From: Myxococcota bacterium
GTDB taxonomy: Bacteria > Myxococcota_A > UBA9160 > PR03
Assembly (NCBI GenBank): GCA_041611735.1
Contig: JBFIML010000008.1
Span: forward strand, 40,570 to 104,569
Direction of reading: 5' to 3'
Length of the DNA stretch: 64,000 bases
The translations under genes were made by a program, and so were the position numbers. Under the pieces are notes generated by a model. It made no database searches. It worked only from the letters and a program-made list of their open reading frames with translations, and was not told the DNA's origin. Positions 1 through 9,591 of the stretch are shown in pieces (positions within the stretch are counted from its first letter, which is position 1; each line of letters opens with the position of its first letter).

Positions 1-1611
1 CACCACGCGACGCACGACCGGGGCATACAGGGCCACCAGCCAGCGATTCAGCGGGTTCTCGTCCTCGCTCCGCAGGCGGCCGCGGATCAGCAGGGCGGCC
101 AGGGCAGGGGTCAGGGTCACGGACAGCACGGCCGCGAAGCCCATGGCGTAGGTCTTCGTGTAGGCCAGGGGCTTGAACAGGCGGCCCTCGGTGGATTCCA
201 GCGCGAAGATCGGCAGGAAGGAGACGGTGATCACCAGCAGGGCGAAGAAGACGCTCGGCCCCACCTCCTGCATGGCCCGCAGGATCACCGCCTCCCGCTG
301 CTCCGGTCGGCCGGCGTGCTCCCAGGCTTCGAGCCGCTTGTGGACGTTCTCCACCACGATGATGGAGGCGTCCACCATGGCCCCGATCGCCACGGCGATC
401 CCGCCCAGGGACATGATGTTGGCGGTGAGCTCCTGGTACAGCATGGGGACGAAGGCGAGCAGCACGCCCACCGGGATGGTGAGGATCGGGATCAGAGCGC
501 TGCGGGCGTGGAGCAGGAAGACGAAGATGATCAGGGAGACGATCGCCATCTCCTCCAGCAGCGTCCGGCGCAGCGTGTCGATGGCGCCCCGGATCAGCTC
601 CGAGCGGTCGTAGGTGGGCACGACCTCGATGCCCTCGGGGAGCCCGGCCTCCACCGCCGCCAGGCGCTCCTTCACGGCGTCGATCACCCGCAGGGCGTTC
701 TCCCCGTGGCGCATCACCACGATGCCGCCCACCACCTCGCCCTCGCCGTCGAGCTCTGCCGCCCCGCGGCGCATGTCGGGGCCGACACCGACCTCCGCCA
801 CCTGCTCGATCGTCACCGGCGTGCCGCCGTCGGCACGCAGCGGCACCCGCCGGAGGTCGTCGAGGCTGCGCACGTAGCCGCGGCCGCGCACCACGTACTC
901 GTGTCCCGCCAGCTCGAGGCTGCGTCCGCCGGCGTCCTCGTTCGACTCGCGCACCGCCTCGATCACGTCCCGCAGCGGGATGCCCAGGGCCAGCAGCTTG
1001 TTCGGATCGACCTGGATCTGGTACTGGCGCTCGAAGCCGCCCAGCGAGGCCACCTCCGCCACGCCCGGCACGCTGGCCAGCGCGTAGCGCAGGTTCCAGT
1101 CCTGCAGGCTGCGCAGCTGGGCCAGGTCGTGCCGGCCGCTGCGGTCCAGCAGGGCGTACTCGAAGACCCACCCGACCCCGGTGGCATCGGGGCCCAGCAC
1201 GGGCGAGACGCCCTCCGGCAGCGCCCCCTGGATCCCCGCCAGGTACTCGAGCACCCGGCTGCGCGCCCAGTAGAGGTCGGTCCCGTCCTCGAAGATGACG
1301 TAGACGAAGGAGAGCCCGAAGAAGGATTGCCCGCGCACGTAGCGCACGTGGGGTGCGGCGAGCAGCCGGGTCGAGATCGGGTAGGTGAGCTGGTCCTCGA
1401 CCAGGTCCGGGCTGCGCCCGGGCCACTCGGTGAACACGATCACCTGCACGTCCGAGAGGTCGGGGATCGCGTCCAGCGGGGCGCGGCGCAAGGCGTGGAC
1501 GCCCCAGACCGTCGCGGCGACCACCAGCAGGACGGTGAGGAAGCGCTGGCGTGCGCAGGCGGCGATCACGCGCGCGACGTAGCCCTCGTTCTGCTGGGGC
1601 TGGCCGCTCAC
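1..1611 (-). CDS. cusA: CusA/CzcA family heavy-metal efflux RND permease (5' part; runs off window start)
   Basis: Manual minus-strand translation from GTG 1611, which overlaps the upstream TGA, gives ...PLDAIPDLSDVQVIVFTEWPGRSPDLVEDQLTYPI..., a typical CusA N-terminus. It follows MFP and TolC genes. Not in the ORF track because it is truncated. Confidence 0.92.
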   Translation of the reverse strand, partial: MSGQPQQNEGYVARVIAACARQRFLTVLLVVAATVWGVHALRRAPLDAIPDLSDVQVIVFTEWPGRSPDLVEDQLTYPISTRLLAAPHVRYVRGQSFFGLSFVYVIFEDGTDLYWARSRVLEYLAGIQGALPEGVSPVLGPDATGVGWVFEYALLDRSGRHDLAQLRSLQDWNLRYALASVPGVAEVASLGGFERQYQIQVDPNKLLALGIPLRDVIEAVRESNEDAGGRSLELAGHEYVVRGRGYVRSLDDLRRVPLRADGGTPVTIEQVAEVGVGPDMRRGAAELDGEGEVVGGIVVMRHGENALRVIDAVKERLAAVEAGLPEGIEVVPTYDRSELIRGAIDTLRRTLLEEMAIVSLIIFVFLLHARSALIPILTIPVGVLLAFVPMLYQELTANIMSLGGIAVAIGAMVDASIIVVENVHKRLEAWEHAGRPEQREAVILRAMQEVGPSVFFALLVITVSFLPIFALESTEGRLFKPLAYTKTYAMGFAAVLSVTLTPALAALLIRGRLRSEDENPLNRWLVALYAPVVRRVV

Positions 1612-3101
1612 CACTGGTCCAGGGCCTCCCGCAGCCGGCTCTCGGAGGCGATCAGGAAGGTGCCCGACGTGACGACGGGCTCCCCTTCCTCGAGCCCCGA
1701 GACGACCTCCACGTCCTCGCCGCTGCGCATCCCGGTGCGCACCTCCCGGGGCCGGAAGCGGCCTGCGTCGATCTGCACGAACACGAAGCTCCGGTCGCCG
1801 GCGTGGAGCACCGCCGACTGCGGTACCACCAGCCGCTCGCCCCGCTCGGCGCGCAGCCGCACCGTGACCCACATGTCGGGTCGGAGCTGGTGTTCCGGGT
1901 TGGGCAGCACGACGCGCAGGCGCAGGGTGCGCGTCGCCCCCACGAGCTGTGGATGGATGTAGGCGACGTTTCCCTTCCAGCTGCGATCCGGCTGGTGGGA
2001 AAGCGTCACCTCGGCGGGCTGCCCCACCTCGACCAGCGGGATCTCGGACTCGTAGATCTCCGCCTCGATCCAGACCCGGTCGAGGGGTGCGATGCGGTAG
2101 AGGCGTTGGCCGGGCTCGACACTGCCGCCTTCCACCACGCCCTTCTCGGTCACGTAGCCGCTGGCGGGAGAGCGGATCGGCAGGTACTCGAGCGCCTCGC
2201 CGCCGCGCTCGAGGCGGGCGAGCTCCGCCGCCGACACGTCCCACAGCCGCAGGCGCTTGCGGGCCGAGTGCACCAGGTAGTCGGCCCGCTCGGGCGCGCC
2301 GGTCTCCCGTGCCCGCGCCTGGCTGCGCAGCGCCTGGAGGTACTCCTGCTGGGCCGCGTAGAGCTCGGGGCTGTAGAGGCGGAACAGGACGGCGCCGCGC
2401 TCCACGGGATCGCCCAGCGCGGCGACGCGCAGGTCGCCCACCCAGCCGCGCACCTTGAGGGAGACGTCCACCAGGGCCGTCTCGTCGAACTCGACGCGGC
2501 CCGCGGCCCGCACCACCCGCTCCATGGGCTTGCGGGCGGCCGGCGTCGTGCGCACCCCCACGCGCTGGAGACGCTCGGGCGCGAAGGAGACCTCTGGCGC
2601 TCCGGTCGGTCCCGGGGAGCCGGCCGGCGGCCCGCCGGCCGGGCCTCCGGGGGGGGTGAGCTGCAGGCCGCGCGTCCCCACCAGGAGGGATGCCTCCGCC
2701 CGGACCCCGCTGCCCGCGGGCGTCCGGGCGCTGAGCTCCACCTGCCAGCTGCCACCCATGTCCAGCTCGAAGTCGGCCCGGTAGCGACCCTCGCCGCGGG
2801 CCTGCACCCGGGCCGGACCGCCCATGGCCGGCATGCTGCCCATGGCGTGCATGTGGACCTTGACGCCCAATTCCGCGTCCTCGATCGGCCTGTCCTCCGC
2901 GTCCCGCAGCTCGACCCACAGCCGGTTCTCGCCCACGCGCGGGACGGCCGGCTCGACGGCGACGCGCAGCTCGAGACCCGGGGAGACGACCCGCACGGGC
3001 TCCGAGCGGGAGCCCCCGCACGCGAGGGCCAGTCCGAGCAGCAGCGCGGCCGCCCAAGCGCCCCGGTCGGGATTCGCCCCGTGGAAGCTTCCAGCTCGCA
3101 T
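1608..3101 (-). CDS. RND periplasmic adaptor (CusB-like) with N-terminal FixH/YtkA-like Met-rich domain
   Basis: C-terminal 497 aa of ORF 1608..4538. ATG 3101 follows a GAGGGGGAG RBS. Motifs LYSPEL..AQQEYL, SPASG, LRPDMW and GTFLIASESRL; N-terminal HMHAMGSMPAM segment. Confidence 0.88.
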   Translation of the reverse strand: MRAGSFHGANPDRGAWAAALLLGLALACGGSRSEPVRVVSPGLELRVAVEPAVPRVGENRLWVELRDAEDRPIEDAELGVKVHMHAMGSMPAMGGPARVQARGEGRYRADFELDMGGSWQVELSARTPAGSGVRAEASLLVGTRGLQLTPPGGPAGGPPAGSPGPTGAPEVSFAPERLQRVGVRTTPAARKPMERVVRAAGRVEFDETALVDVSLKVRGWVGDLRVAALGDPVERGAVLFRLYSPELYAAQQEYLQALRSQARARETGAPERADYLVHSARKRLRLWDVSAAELARLERGGEALEYLPIRSPASGYVTEKGVVEGGSVEPGQRLYRIAPLDRVWIEAEIYESEIPLVEVGQPAEVTLSHQPDRSWKGNVAYIHPQLVGATRTLRLRVVLPNPEHQLRPDMWVTVRLRAERGERLVVPQSAVLHAGDRSFVFVQIDAGRFRPREVRTGMRSGEDVEVVSGLEEGEPVVTSGTFLIASESRLREALDQW

Positions 3102-3115
3102 GCTCTTGCTCCCCC

Positions 3116-4510
3116 TCACGGCAGGGTCGGGAGCGCGCCCGTGGCCCGCTCGATCTCGGCCCGGCGTCGGCTCACGCCCGCCAGCGCCTCCTCGTAGCCG
3201 AGCTCCGCCTCCAGCAGGTTGCGCTCCGACTCGATCAGCTCCAGGAACCCGTTGCGCCCGGTTTCGAAGCCGGCGCGCGCCGCCTCCAGCTGGTCGCGCG
3301 CCGCCGGCAGCAGTCGGTCGCGATGGATCGCGAGTACGCGACGCGCCTCGTCCAGCCGGTCGAGGGCGCTGCGAACCCCGAAGCGCACCTCGTCCTCCAC
3401 GCTCTCTCGCTGCTGCTGCGCCTGCTGGAGCAGGGCCTTCGACTCGTCCAACGCCGCACGGCGACGCGCCAGGCGCAACGGCACGTTCACGGCGATGCCC
3501 ACCATGGGACGCACGTCCCGCTCGGGCATCATCCCGTTGTAGGCTCCCATCAGCGTGAAATCCGGCAGGAACTCCCGTTCCGCCAGGGCGACCGCCGCCT
3601 CCCGCGAGCGGACCCGGGCCTGGGCGGCGAGCAGCTCGGGCCGCCGGGCCAGGGCGCGCGCCAGGGGTCCCTCCGCGTCGGCCTCCGGCTCTCCGTCGAG
3701 CTCCAGGCTCGCCGGTGGCGGCGGAAGCGGTCGCTCCGCACGACGATGCAGCAGCAGGTTGATCTGCTCCGCGGTCACCCGGTGGGCGGTTTCGAGCAAC
3801 ACGTCCTCGCGCAGGCGCCGGGCCAGCTCCACCTCGGCCTGCAGGGGATCCTGCTGGGAGGCGTCCCCTGCCTCGTAGCGGGCGGCGGCGATGCGCTGCA
3901 GCTCGCGCAGCAGCTCCACGTGCTCCGCGTTGATGGCGCGCGCGCGCGTGGCCACGTAGTAGTCGTCGAAGAGCAGGGAGGCCATGGTGGCGAGCCCGAG
4001 TCGCACGGCCTCGAAGTCGTGGCTCGCGGCCTCCGCCTCGGCCAGGGCGACCTGGCCGCGCAGGGTGAGCTTCCCGGGAAACGGCAGCACCTGGCTGAGC
4101 TCCACCTGATGGGCGTCGTCCACCATGCGCGAGCCGAAGGACGTGGGCGAGACGCCGTAGCCGAGCATCGGATCGTCCAGGGAGACCTGCTGGGGATAGC
4201 GGGCCAACGCCGCGCGCCAGGCCTGGCGTGCCGCGTGCAGGGTGGGGTTGCGGCGCAGCACCTCCGCCACCAGCGTGGTCCGCTCGAGGAAGGGCGCGCC
4301 CGCGAAGCGGTCGTCCTCGGCCGACGGGGTCGAGGTCGGGGCGGTCCGTTGCCACTGCTCCTGCAGGTTGCCGTAGCGGGCGCGCAGCCCGAGCCCTGCA
4401 CAACCGGCCAGCAGCGCCGGGGCCAGGACCACCAGCGTGGCAAGCCTCCGGCGTGGGCGCGGGGCGCCGTTGCGGATCGGAAAGACGGTCACGATCGGAC
4501 ACCTCGTCAC
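3116..4510 (-). CDS. TolC family outer-membrane efflux lipoprotein
   Basis: Lipobox LLAGC; segments SQVLPFPGKL and ALARRPEL; sits within the RND operon. Start codon uncertain. Confidence 0.88.
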   Translation of the reverse strand: MTRCPIVTVFPIRNGAPRPRRRLATLVVLAPALLAGCAGLGLRARYGNLQEQWQRTAPTSTPSAEDDRFAGAPFLERTTLVAEVLRRNPTLHAARQAWRAALARYPQQVSLDDPMLGYGVSPTSFGSRMVDDAHQVELSQVLPFPGKLTLRGQVALAEAEAASHDFEAVRLGLATMASLLFDDYYVATRARAINAEHVELLRELQRIAAARYEAGDASQQDPLQAEVELARRLREDVLLETAHRVTAEQINLLLHRRAERPLPPPPASLELDGEPEADAEGPLARALARRPELLAAQARVRSREAAVALAEREFLPDFTLMGAYNGMMPERDVRPMVGIAVNVPLRLARRRAALDESKALLQQAQQQRESVEDEVRFGVRSALDRLDEARRVLAIHRDRLLPAARDQLEAARAGFETGRNGFLELIESERNLLEAELGYEEALAGVSRRRAEIERATGALPTLP

Positions 4511-4585
4511 TCGGCGTCGGACGGCACGGGAGCCGCACCGATGCCGTGGCGGAAAGCGCGCTTCGCTAGTGGGACGAGGTGTGGA

Positions 4586-4960
4586 TCAGAGACGCAGGAC
4601 GACGCTGGCGAGGCCGTCCGCGGAGGCTGGCTGCCCGATCGGATGCCCTGGCCGATCTCCACCCGGGAGGGCTGCGGGAGACAGGGCGATCGGGCTCCAG
4701 GTGGGCGCGGGAGGCGTCGCGGTGGGTGCCTGGGATTGCAGCGCCGCCGGGGCCACCAGGCAGCCGGACGGCACCAGGCAGGGGCAGGCGTCCGCCACGC
4801 TCTCGTGGGCGCAGGCAACGGGACCCTCGCAGCAGGACGGGCCGGCCAGGGTGGGAGCGGCCGCGGCGGCCAGGCCAAGCGCGAGAGCGGCCAGCAGCAG
4901 CCAGCCGGACCGCGTGCGCCAAGGCGATCGTGCGCGCCAGGGGGATCGCTGCGACACCAT
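4586..4960 (-). CDS. Small exported Cys/Pro-rich protein leading the efflux operon
   Basis: Signal-peptide-like LLLAALALGLAAAAA; CC..C..CPC..C cluster; Pro-rich linker; C-terminal SVVLRL. Confidence 0.6.
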   Translation of the reverse strand: MVSQRSPWRARSPWRTRSGWLLLAALALGLAAAAAPTLAGPSCCEGPVACAHESVADACPCLVPSGCLVAPAALQSQAPTATPPAPTWSPIALSPAALPGGDRPGHPIGQPASADGLASVVLRL

Positions 4961-4966
4961 AAGGCT

Positions 4967-4995
4967 CAATTACGTCCTCGCCGAAGGCTTGTCAA
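4967..4995 (-). promoter_or_regulatory. Putative sigma70 promoter of the efflux operon
   Basis: Minus strand TTGACA (4995-4990), 17 nt, TAATTG (4972-4967). The -35 is perfect and the -10 weak. Predicted +1 falls near the ATG at 4960. Confidence 0.4.
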
Positions 4996-5062
4996 CGCGG
5001 ACCCACCCAGGGGTCCTTCGGATGCCGGATCGGCCCGCTTGAGGATCCCCAGGGGCGGCCTG

Positions 5063-5908
5063 TCAGGCGAAGCTGCGCATCAGCTCGGCGTGCTGGTCGA
5101 GGCGCGGCAGGATCGCGTCACGGCCCTCCGAGGGCAGCGCGAAGATCGCCCGCTGCACCCCGGCCCGCACGTAGCGCTCGAGCTGTGCCTTGTCGGGCGC
5201 CGCTCCATAGAGGCTGACCGAGATCGATTCCGGGTCGCGCCCCGCCCGCTCCGCGCGTCGGCGCAGGTCCACCAGGTCGTCCTCGAGCCGGGGGCTGAGC
5301 GGCGCGATGGGCAGGTAGCCGTCGCAGTACTCCACCACCTTGCGCCGCGCCCCGGGTGTGTTGCCTCCCAGGAGCACCGGCGGGTGCGGCTTCTGCATCG
5401 GCTTCGGCCACGACCAGATGCGCTCGAAGCGCACCAGCTCTCCCTGATAGCTGGCCTCCTCCTCGGTCCAGATCCGCTTCATGGCCAGCAGCTTCTCGCG
5501 CACCGCCTGCCAGCGCTTCTCGAAGGGGACGCCGTGGTTCTCCATCTCCTCGGCGTTCCAGCCGCCGCCGATTCCGAACAGGAAGCGCCCGTTCGAGAGC
5601 TGGTCCAGGGAGGCGACCTCCTTGGCCGTGGTGATCGGATCGCGCTCCACCACCAGGCAGATGCCGGTTCCCACCCGCAGGCGTTGCGTGGCGGCGGCGG
5701 CGGCCATCAGCGCCACGAACGGATCGTGAGTGTGCCAGTACTCCTTCGGGAGCGAAGCGCCGCCGGGCCACGGCGTGCGGCGCTCGGCGGGGATGTGGGT
5801 GTGCTCGGGGAACCACAGCGACTCGAAGCCGCGTTCCTCGCAGGCCCGGGCCAGCTCGTCGGGCCGGATCGCGTAGTCGGCCGGGAACATGACGATGCCG
5901 AAGTCCAC
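5063..5908 (-). CDS. LLM-class (probably F420-dependent) oxidoreductase
   Basis: GFESLWFPEHTHIP, AKEVASLDQLSNGRF.FGIGGGWN.EE and PKP.QKPHPP. GTG 5908 follows GGAGGG. Confidence 0.88.
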   Translation of the reverse strand: MDFGIVMFPADYAIRPDELARACEERGFESLWFPEHTHIPAERRTPWPGGASLPKEYWHTHDPFVALMAAAAATQRLRVGTGICLVVERDPITTAKEVASLDQLSNGRFLFGIGGGWNAEEMENHGVPFEKRWQAVREKLLAMKRIWTEEEASYQGELVRFERIWSWPKPMQKPHPPVLLGGNTPGARRKVVEYCDGYLPIAPLSPRLEDDLVDLRRRAERAGRDPESISVSLYGAAPDKAQLERYVRAGVQRAIFALPSEGRDAILPRLDQHAELMRSFA

Positions 5909-5949
5909 GGAGACCCTCCGTCCTCCCCCCCCTCGCAGCATGGAGGCGA

Positions 5950-7179
5950 TCAGGTCTTGCGGTCAAGCTGCTGCCGGACGAGCTGCTGGCGTCCTCCGCT
6001 TCGCAGCGCCCGGGCCGCCTCGACCAGCTCGAGGGTGCGCTCGGTGAGGCCGGGCCAGCGATGTTCCGCCTCCAGCACCTCCCGGCCGCCGCGGCCCAGG
6101 GCCCGGGCCAGCTCGGGCTGGTCGAGCAGGGCGCGGATGCCGTCGGCCAGGTCGTCGGGGGTCGCCTCGCGGTCGAGCAGCCAGACGGAGCGGCCGTCCG
6201 CGAGGCCGTCCACCACCCCGGCGCGCGCCACGATGGGGCGGGCGGCCTCCATGTACTGCAGCAGCTTGATGGGGAAGCCGCCCGGGCGCCGCCGCGGCAG
6301 CACGGTCACGGCCGCGGCGAAGCAGAGCGCCCGCGCCTCGTCGGGATTCCCCACGTGCACGGTGAGCAGCGGCTGCGGCGCCTCGTAGGGGGAGTGGGTC
6401 GCCACGGCCACCAGCACGTCCAGCCGTTCGGCGGCGGCGGCCAGATCGTCGAGATCCTGGTAGCGGTCCAGGTTCCCGGCGTAGAGCACGAAGCGGCCCG
6501 GTGTCAGGCCGTGCTCGCGGCAGATGGCGGCGGTGGCCCGGGCGGTGGGCGGCGGACTCGGCTCGAGGCCCGGCGGGATGCAGGCGACGCGCCCGCGGGC
6601 CGTGGTGCGTAGCACGCGCTCCGCCGCCCGGGAGAGCACCTGCACCGCGTCGGCACGGCGGGCGAGCATGCGGTCCAGGTAGCGGCCCAGGCGCTCCAGG
6701 GGCCGGGCCAGGGCGTAGGGTCCGTAGGCGGGCAGCTCCGGGCCCAGCAGCGTATGCGCCACGTAGACCACCGGGAAGCGCGTCACGACGCGGGCCGCCA
6801 GGGCGGCCAGGGCCGCCTCTGCGTTGTGGGCGAGCACCGCGTGGAAGCGGTCCCGCCGCTGATGCCCGATCAGCTTCGCGACCAGCGCGGCGTCGGCGAA
6901 GGGCTTGCGGAAGCTCGGCCCCGAAGCGAGTCGCCGCGGCGAAAGGCGCGGGTCGGTGCGCACCACCTCCAGGTCCGGGGGGCCCGGGCCGGCGCCCCGG
7001 CCGTAGGTGAAGAGGGTCACGCGCGCTCCGGCCGCCATCAGGGCGCGGGCCTGGGCTTCGAAGAAGGCCTGGGAGCCCTGGGGCAGCGGGAAGGGAAAGG
7101 CGCCCACCAGCGCCAGGTGCAGGGCCTTTGCCCGGATTGCGGGCAGGGGCGGCTGCGGCGCGCGCTGGGGCTGCACCAA
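5950..7179 (-). CDS. Glycosyltransferase family 4
   Basis: YAGNLDRYQ and GFPIKLLQYMEAARPIV, GT-B C-terminal motifs. Confidence 0.82.
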   Translation of the reverse strand: MVQPQRAPQPPLPAIRAKALHLALVGAFPFPLPQGSQAFFEAQARALMAAGARVTLFTYGRGAGPGPPDLEVVRTDPRLSPRRLASGPSFRKPFADAALVAKLIGHQRRDRFHAVLAHNAEAALAALAARVVTRFPVVYVAHTLLGPELPAYGPYALARPLERLGRYLDRMLARRADAVQVLSRAAERVLRTTARGRVACIPPGLEPSPPPTARATAAICREHGLTPGRFVLYAGNLDRYQDLDDLAAAAERLDVLVAVATHSPYEAPQPLLTVHVGNPDEARALCFAAAVTVLPRRRPGGFPIKLLQYMEAARPIVARAGVVDGLADGRSVWLLDREATPDDLADGIRALLDQPELARALGRGGREVLEAEHRWPGLTERTLELVEAARALRSGGRQQLVRQQLDRKT

Positions 7180-7182
7180 CGG

Positions 7183-7956
7183 CTAGTCGCTCGACCCGGA
7201 GGCCGGGTCGGGTAGCGGCGGGCCCGGGCGGGCCTGCGCCGTTCGGGCCGGGATCTCGGGGCGCCTGAGCTCCCGGTAGAGCAGGGCGAGCTCGGCCAGG
7301 GCACGCACGATGACGCGCGGGCGCGCGCCCTTGGCGCGTCCGGCCCGGCGTGGGCGGTGGCTCACGGGCACCTGGTGGATGCGGAAGCCGGCCCGCTGGG
7401 CGCGCACCAGCAGCTCCGTGTTCACGAAGGCCCCGATCGAGGCGATCGGGAGGGCCTCCAGCACGGGCGCCCGGAACACCTTGAAGGCGCAGTCGATGTC
7501 GCGTACGCGCAGGCCGAAGAGCGTGCCCACGAGGGCGCCCCAGACCGCTGCGATGAGCCGGCGCCGCCACGGGTCGCGCCGCGGGGCCCGATAGCCGGCC
7601 ACGATGTCGAAGCGCTCCGCCTGCTCCAGCAGCCGGGCCAGCTCCTCCAGGTCGAACTGCAGGTCCGCGTCGCTGAAGAAGACCAGCTCGCCTCGCGCCG
7701 CACGCAGCCCCGAGCGCAGGGCGGCTCCGTATCCCACGTTGGTGGGATGGCGCAGCAGCCGGACCCGCGGCTCGCTGCGCTTGCGGGCGGCGACGATCTC
7801 GGCGCTGCGGTCGCGGCTGCCGTCGTCCACCACGATGATCTCGAAGTCGCTGGCCAGGCGGGGGGCGAGCGCCAGGGCCCCGTCCAGGAGCGGGCCCACG
7901 TTGGCCTCTTCGTCGAAGACCGGGAATACCAGCGAGAGGGCGGGCCGATGGGTCAT
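7183..7956 (-). CDS. Glycosyltransferase family 2 (DPM1-like)
   Basis: LSLVFPVFDEE, VVDDGSRD, GYGAALRSG, DADLQ and DIDCAFK. ATG 7956 overlaps the upstream TGA. Confidence 0.9.
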   Translation of the reverse strand: MTHRPALSLVFPVFDEEANVGPLLDGALALAPRLASDFEIIVVDDGSRDRSAEIVAARKRSEPRVRLLRHPTNVGYGAALRSGLRAARGELVFFSDADLQFDLEELARLLEQAERFDIVAGYRAPRRDPWRRRLIAAVWGALVGTLFGLRVRDIDCAFKVFRAPVLEALPIASIGAFVNTELLVRAQRAGFRIHQVPVSHRPRRAGRAKGARPRVIVRALAELALLYRELRRPEIPARTAQARPGPPLPDPASGSSD

Positions 7957-9587
7957 TCCAGGTACCCGAGAGCCCGGAGCCGCGCCGCCACCCGGGCCTC
8001 CTGGTCCGGGGTGTAGGCCCGGACGGGTGAGGCGCCGTCGGCCGGGTCGCCCCCTGCCGGCACGCCGAGGGCGGCAAGCAGCGCCGGGGCCACGTCTACG
8101 ATGGAGGCGGGCAGCGGCCCGCCCGGCTGCGGGTCGCTGGCGATCAGGATCCCATCGGACCGGTGGGTGCCGTTCATGCCACGTCCCCGGCCCCCGGCGA
8201 GCTCGTCGTCGGCCAGGGTGTACACGGCGGGGCGTTGCGGCTCGCTCCAGGGCGTCGGCACCAGGGAGTGGGCATAGCCCTCCTCGAGGCCGAGCTCCAC
8301 CACCACGTCGGGCGCCCGGTCGCTGCAGGGACCGCGGTGCACCTCCTCGCGCCGCCGGGCCCGGGCCACCACCGGCCCGCCCCCGGGCAGCTTCCAGTCG
8401 AGCAGGGCTTCGATCACCTCGCCGCGCACGCGTTCGTAGTCCCGGGGCGCCACGCAGCCGGCCGCCTCGCGCCCGCGCAGGTTGATCCACACGCCGGGCT
8501 GGGTGTTGACCTCCTCGGAGAAGGCCGCCGTGCGGCTCCAGTCGAGGCCGCCGAAGCGCGCCGCGCTCTCGAGCCGCGCCGCGGGGCTCGGCAGGCGCCG
8601 GAAGATCGCCTGGGTGAGGCGCGGCGGGAGGGCCCGCAGCGCCGCGTCCCGGGCGCGCCGGGCGGCCGCGTCGAGCGCGCCGCCCGGCCGGCGCGTCAGC
8701 AGCCCGCAGTCGGCCAGGCGCCGGTTCAGGTGCACCACGCGGCGCGAGGCGCCGCCGCTGCCGTGATCCGAGACGACCAGGCAGAGCGCCTCCTCGCCGA
8801 AGGCCCCACGTAGCTCCCCCGCCGCCGCGTCGAGCCGTTCGTAGACGGCCGTCACCGCGCCCCGTCGCAGCGGGCTCGCCGCCGGGTCGTGGCGAGGCGA
8901 GGCGGGGTCGTGGTCGCGCCAGAAGTGGTGGGCCACCGTGTCGCTCTCCGAGAAGACCACCACGGCCAGCTCCGGCCGCCGTCCTTCCCCGGTGAGCCGG
9001 CGCAGGGCCTCGCTTGCGAAGGCCGTCTTGCGCTCGATCCGGGCCAGCAAGGTCGGGAGCGCGCGTTCGTGCCAGCCCTCCGGATGGCGGGTCTCGTCCA
9101 GGTCGGCGCGCATCCAGGGTCCGACGCGCTCTGCCACCGCCCGGTACAGGGCCGGATCGCTGGCGGAGCCGGCATCGGTGGCGGCGGAGACCGGGGCGTC
9201 GAAGCCCGGCACCAGCAGCCCGTCCAGGGGCTGCGGCGGGAAGCTGGCGGGAACGCCGAGACACAGGACGCGGCAGCCGGCCTGGGAGGCCCGGCCGGGG
9301 AACGAAGCGCCCCGGCGGTGGGTCGCGTTCAGGAAGGTGATCCGGTAGGCGCCGGGCTGCTTCTGGGTGAAGTCGAAGATGCCGTGGTGAGCGGGCTCGA
9401 GCCCGGTCAGGAACGAGGACCAGGCCGGGAAGCTCATGGGGGGGGTCGTGCTGGCCAGCGGCCGTGCCGCGCCCTCCGCCATCCAGCGCGCCAGGTGGGG
9501 CAGTCGTCCCGCCGCCGCCAGCGGACGCAAGACGTCGAAGGTGGCGCCGTCCAGACCGATCACCAGCACCGGACGCCGGACGGCCAC
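7953..9587 (-). CDS. Alkaline phosphatase superfamily / nucleotide pyrophosphatase-like protein
   Basis: [33 protein letters not shown] and C-terminal RLRALGYLE. Confidence 0.85.
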   Translation of the reverse strand: MAVRRPVLVIGLDGATFDVLRPLAAAGRLPHLARWMAEGAARPLASTTPPMSFPAWSSFLTGLEPAHHGIFDFTQKQPGAYRITFLNATHRRGASFPGRASQAGCRVLCLGVPASFPPQPLDGLLVPGFDAPVSAATDAGSASDPALYRAVAERVGPWMRADLDETRHPEGWHERALPTLLARIERKTAFASEALRRLTGEGRRPELAVVVFSESDTVAHHFWRDHDPASPRHDPAASPLRRGAVTAVYERLDAAAGELRGAFGEEALCLVVSDHGSGGASRRVVHLNRRLADCGLLTRRPGGALDAAARRARDAALRALPPRLTQAIFRRLPSPAARLESAARFGGLDWSRTAAFSEEVNTQPGVWINLRGREAAGCVAPRDYERVRGEVIEALLDWKLPGGGPVVARARRREEVHRGPCSDRAPDVVVELGLEEGYAHSLVPTPWSEPQRPAVYTLADDELAGGRGRGMNGTHRSDGILIASDPQPGGPLPASIVDVAPALLAALGVPAGGDPADGASPVRAYTPDQEARVAARLRALGYLE

Positions 9588-9591
9588 GCCG

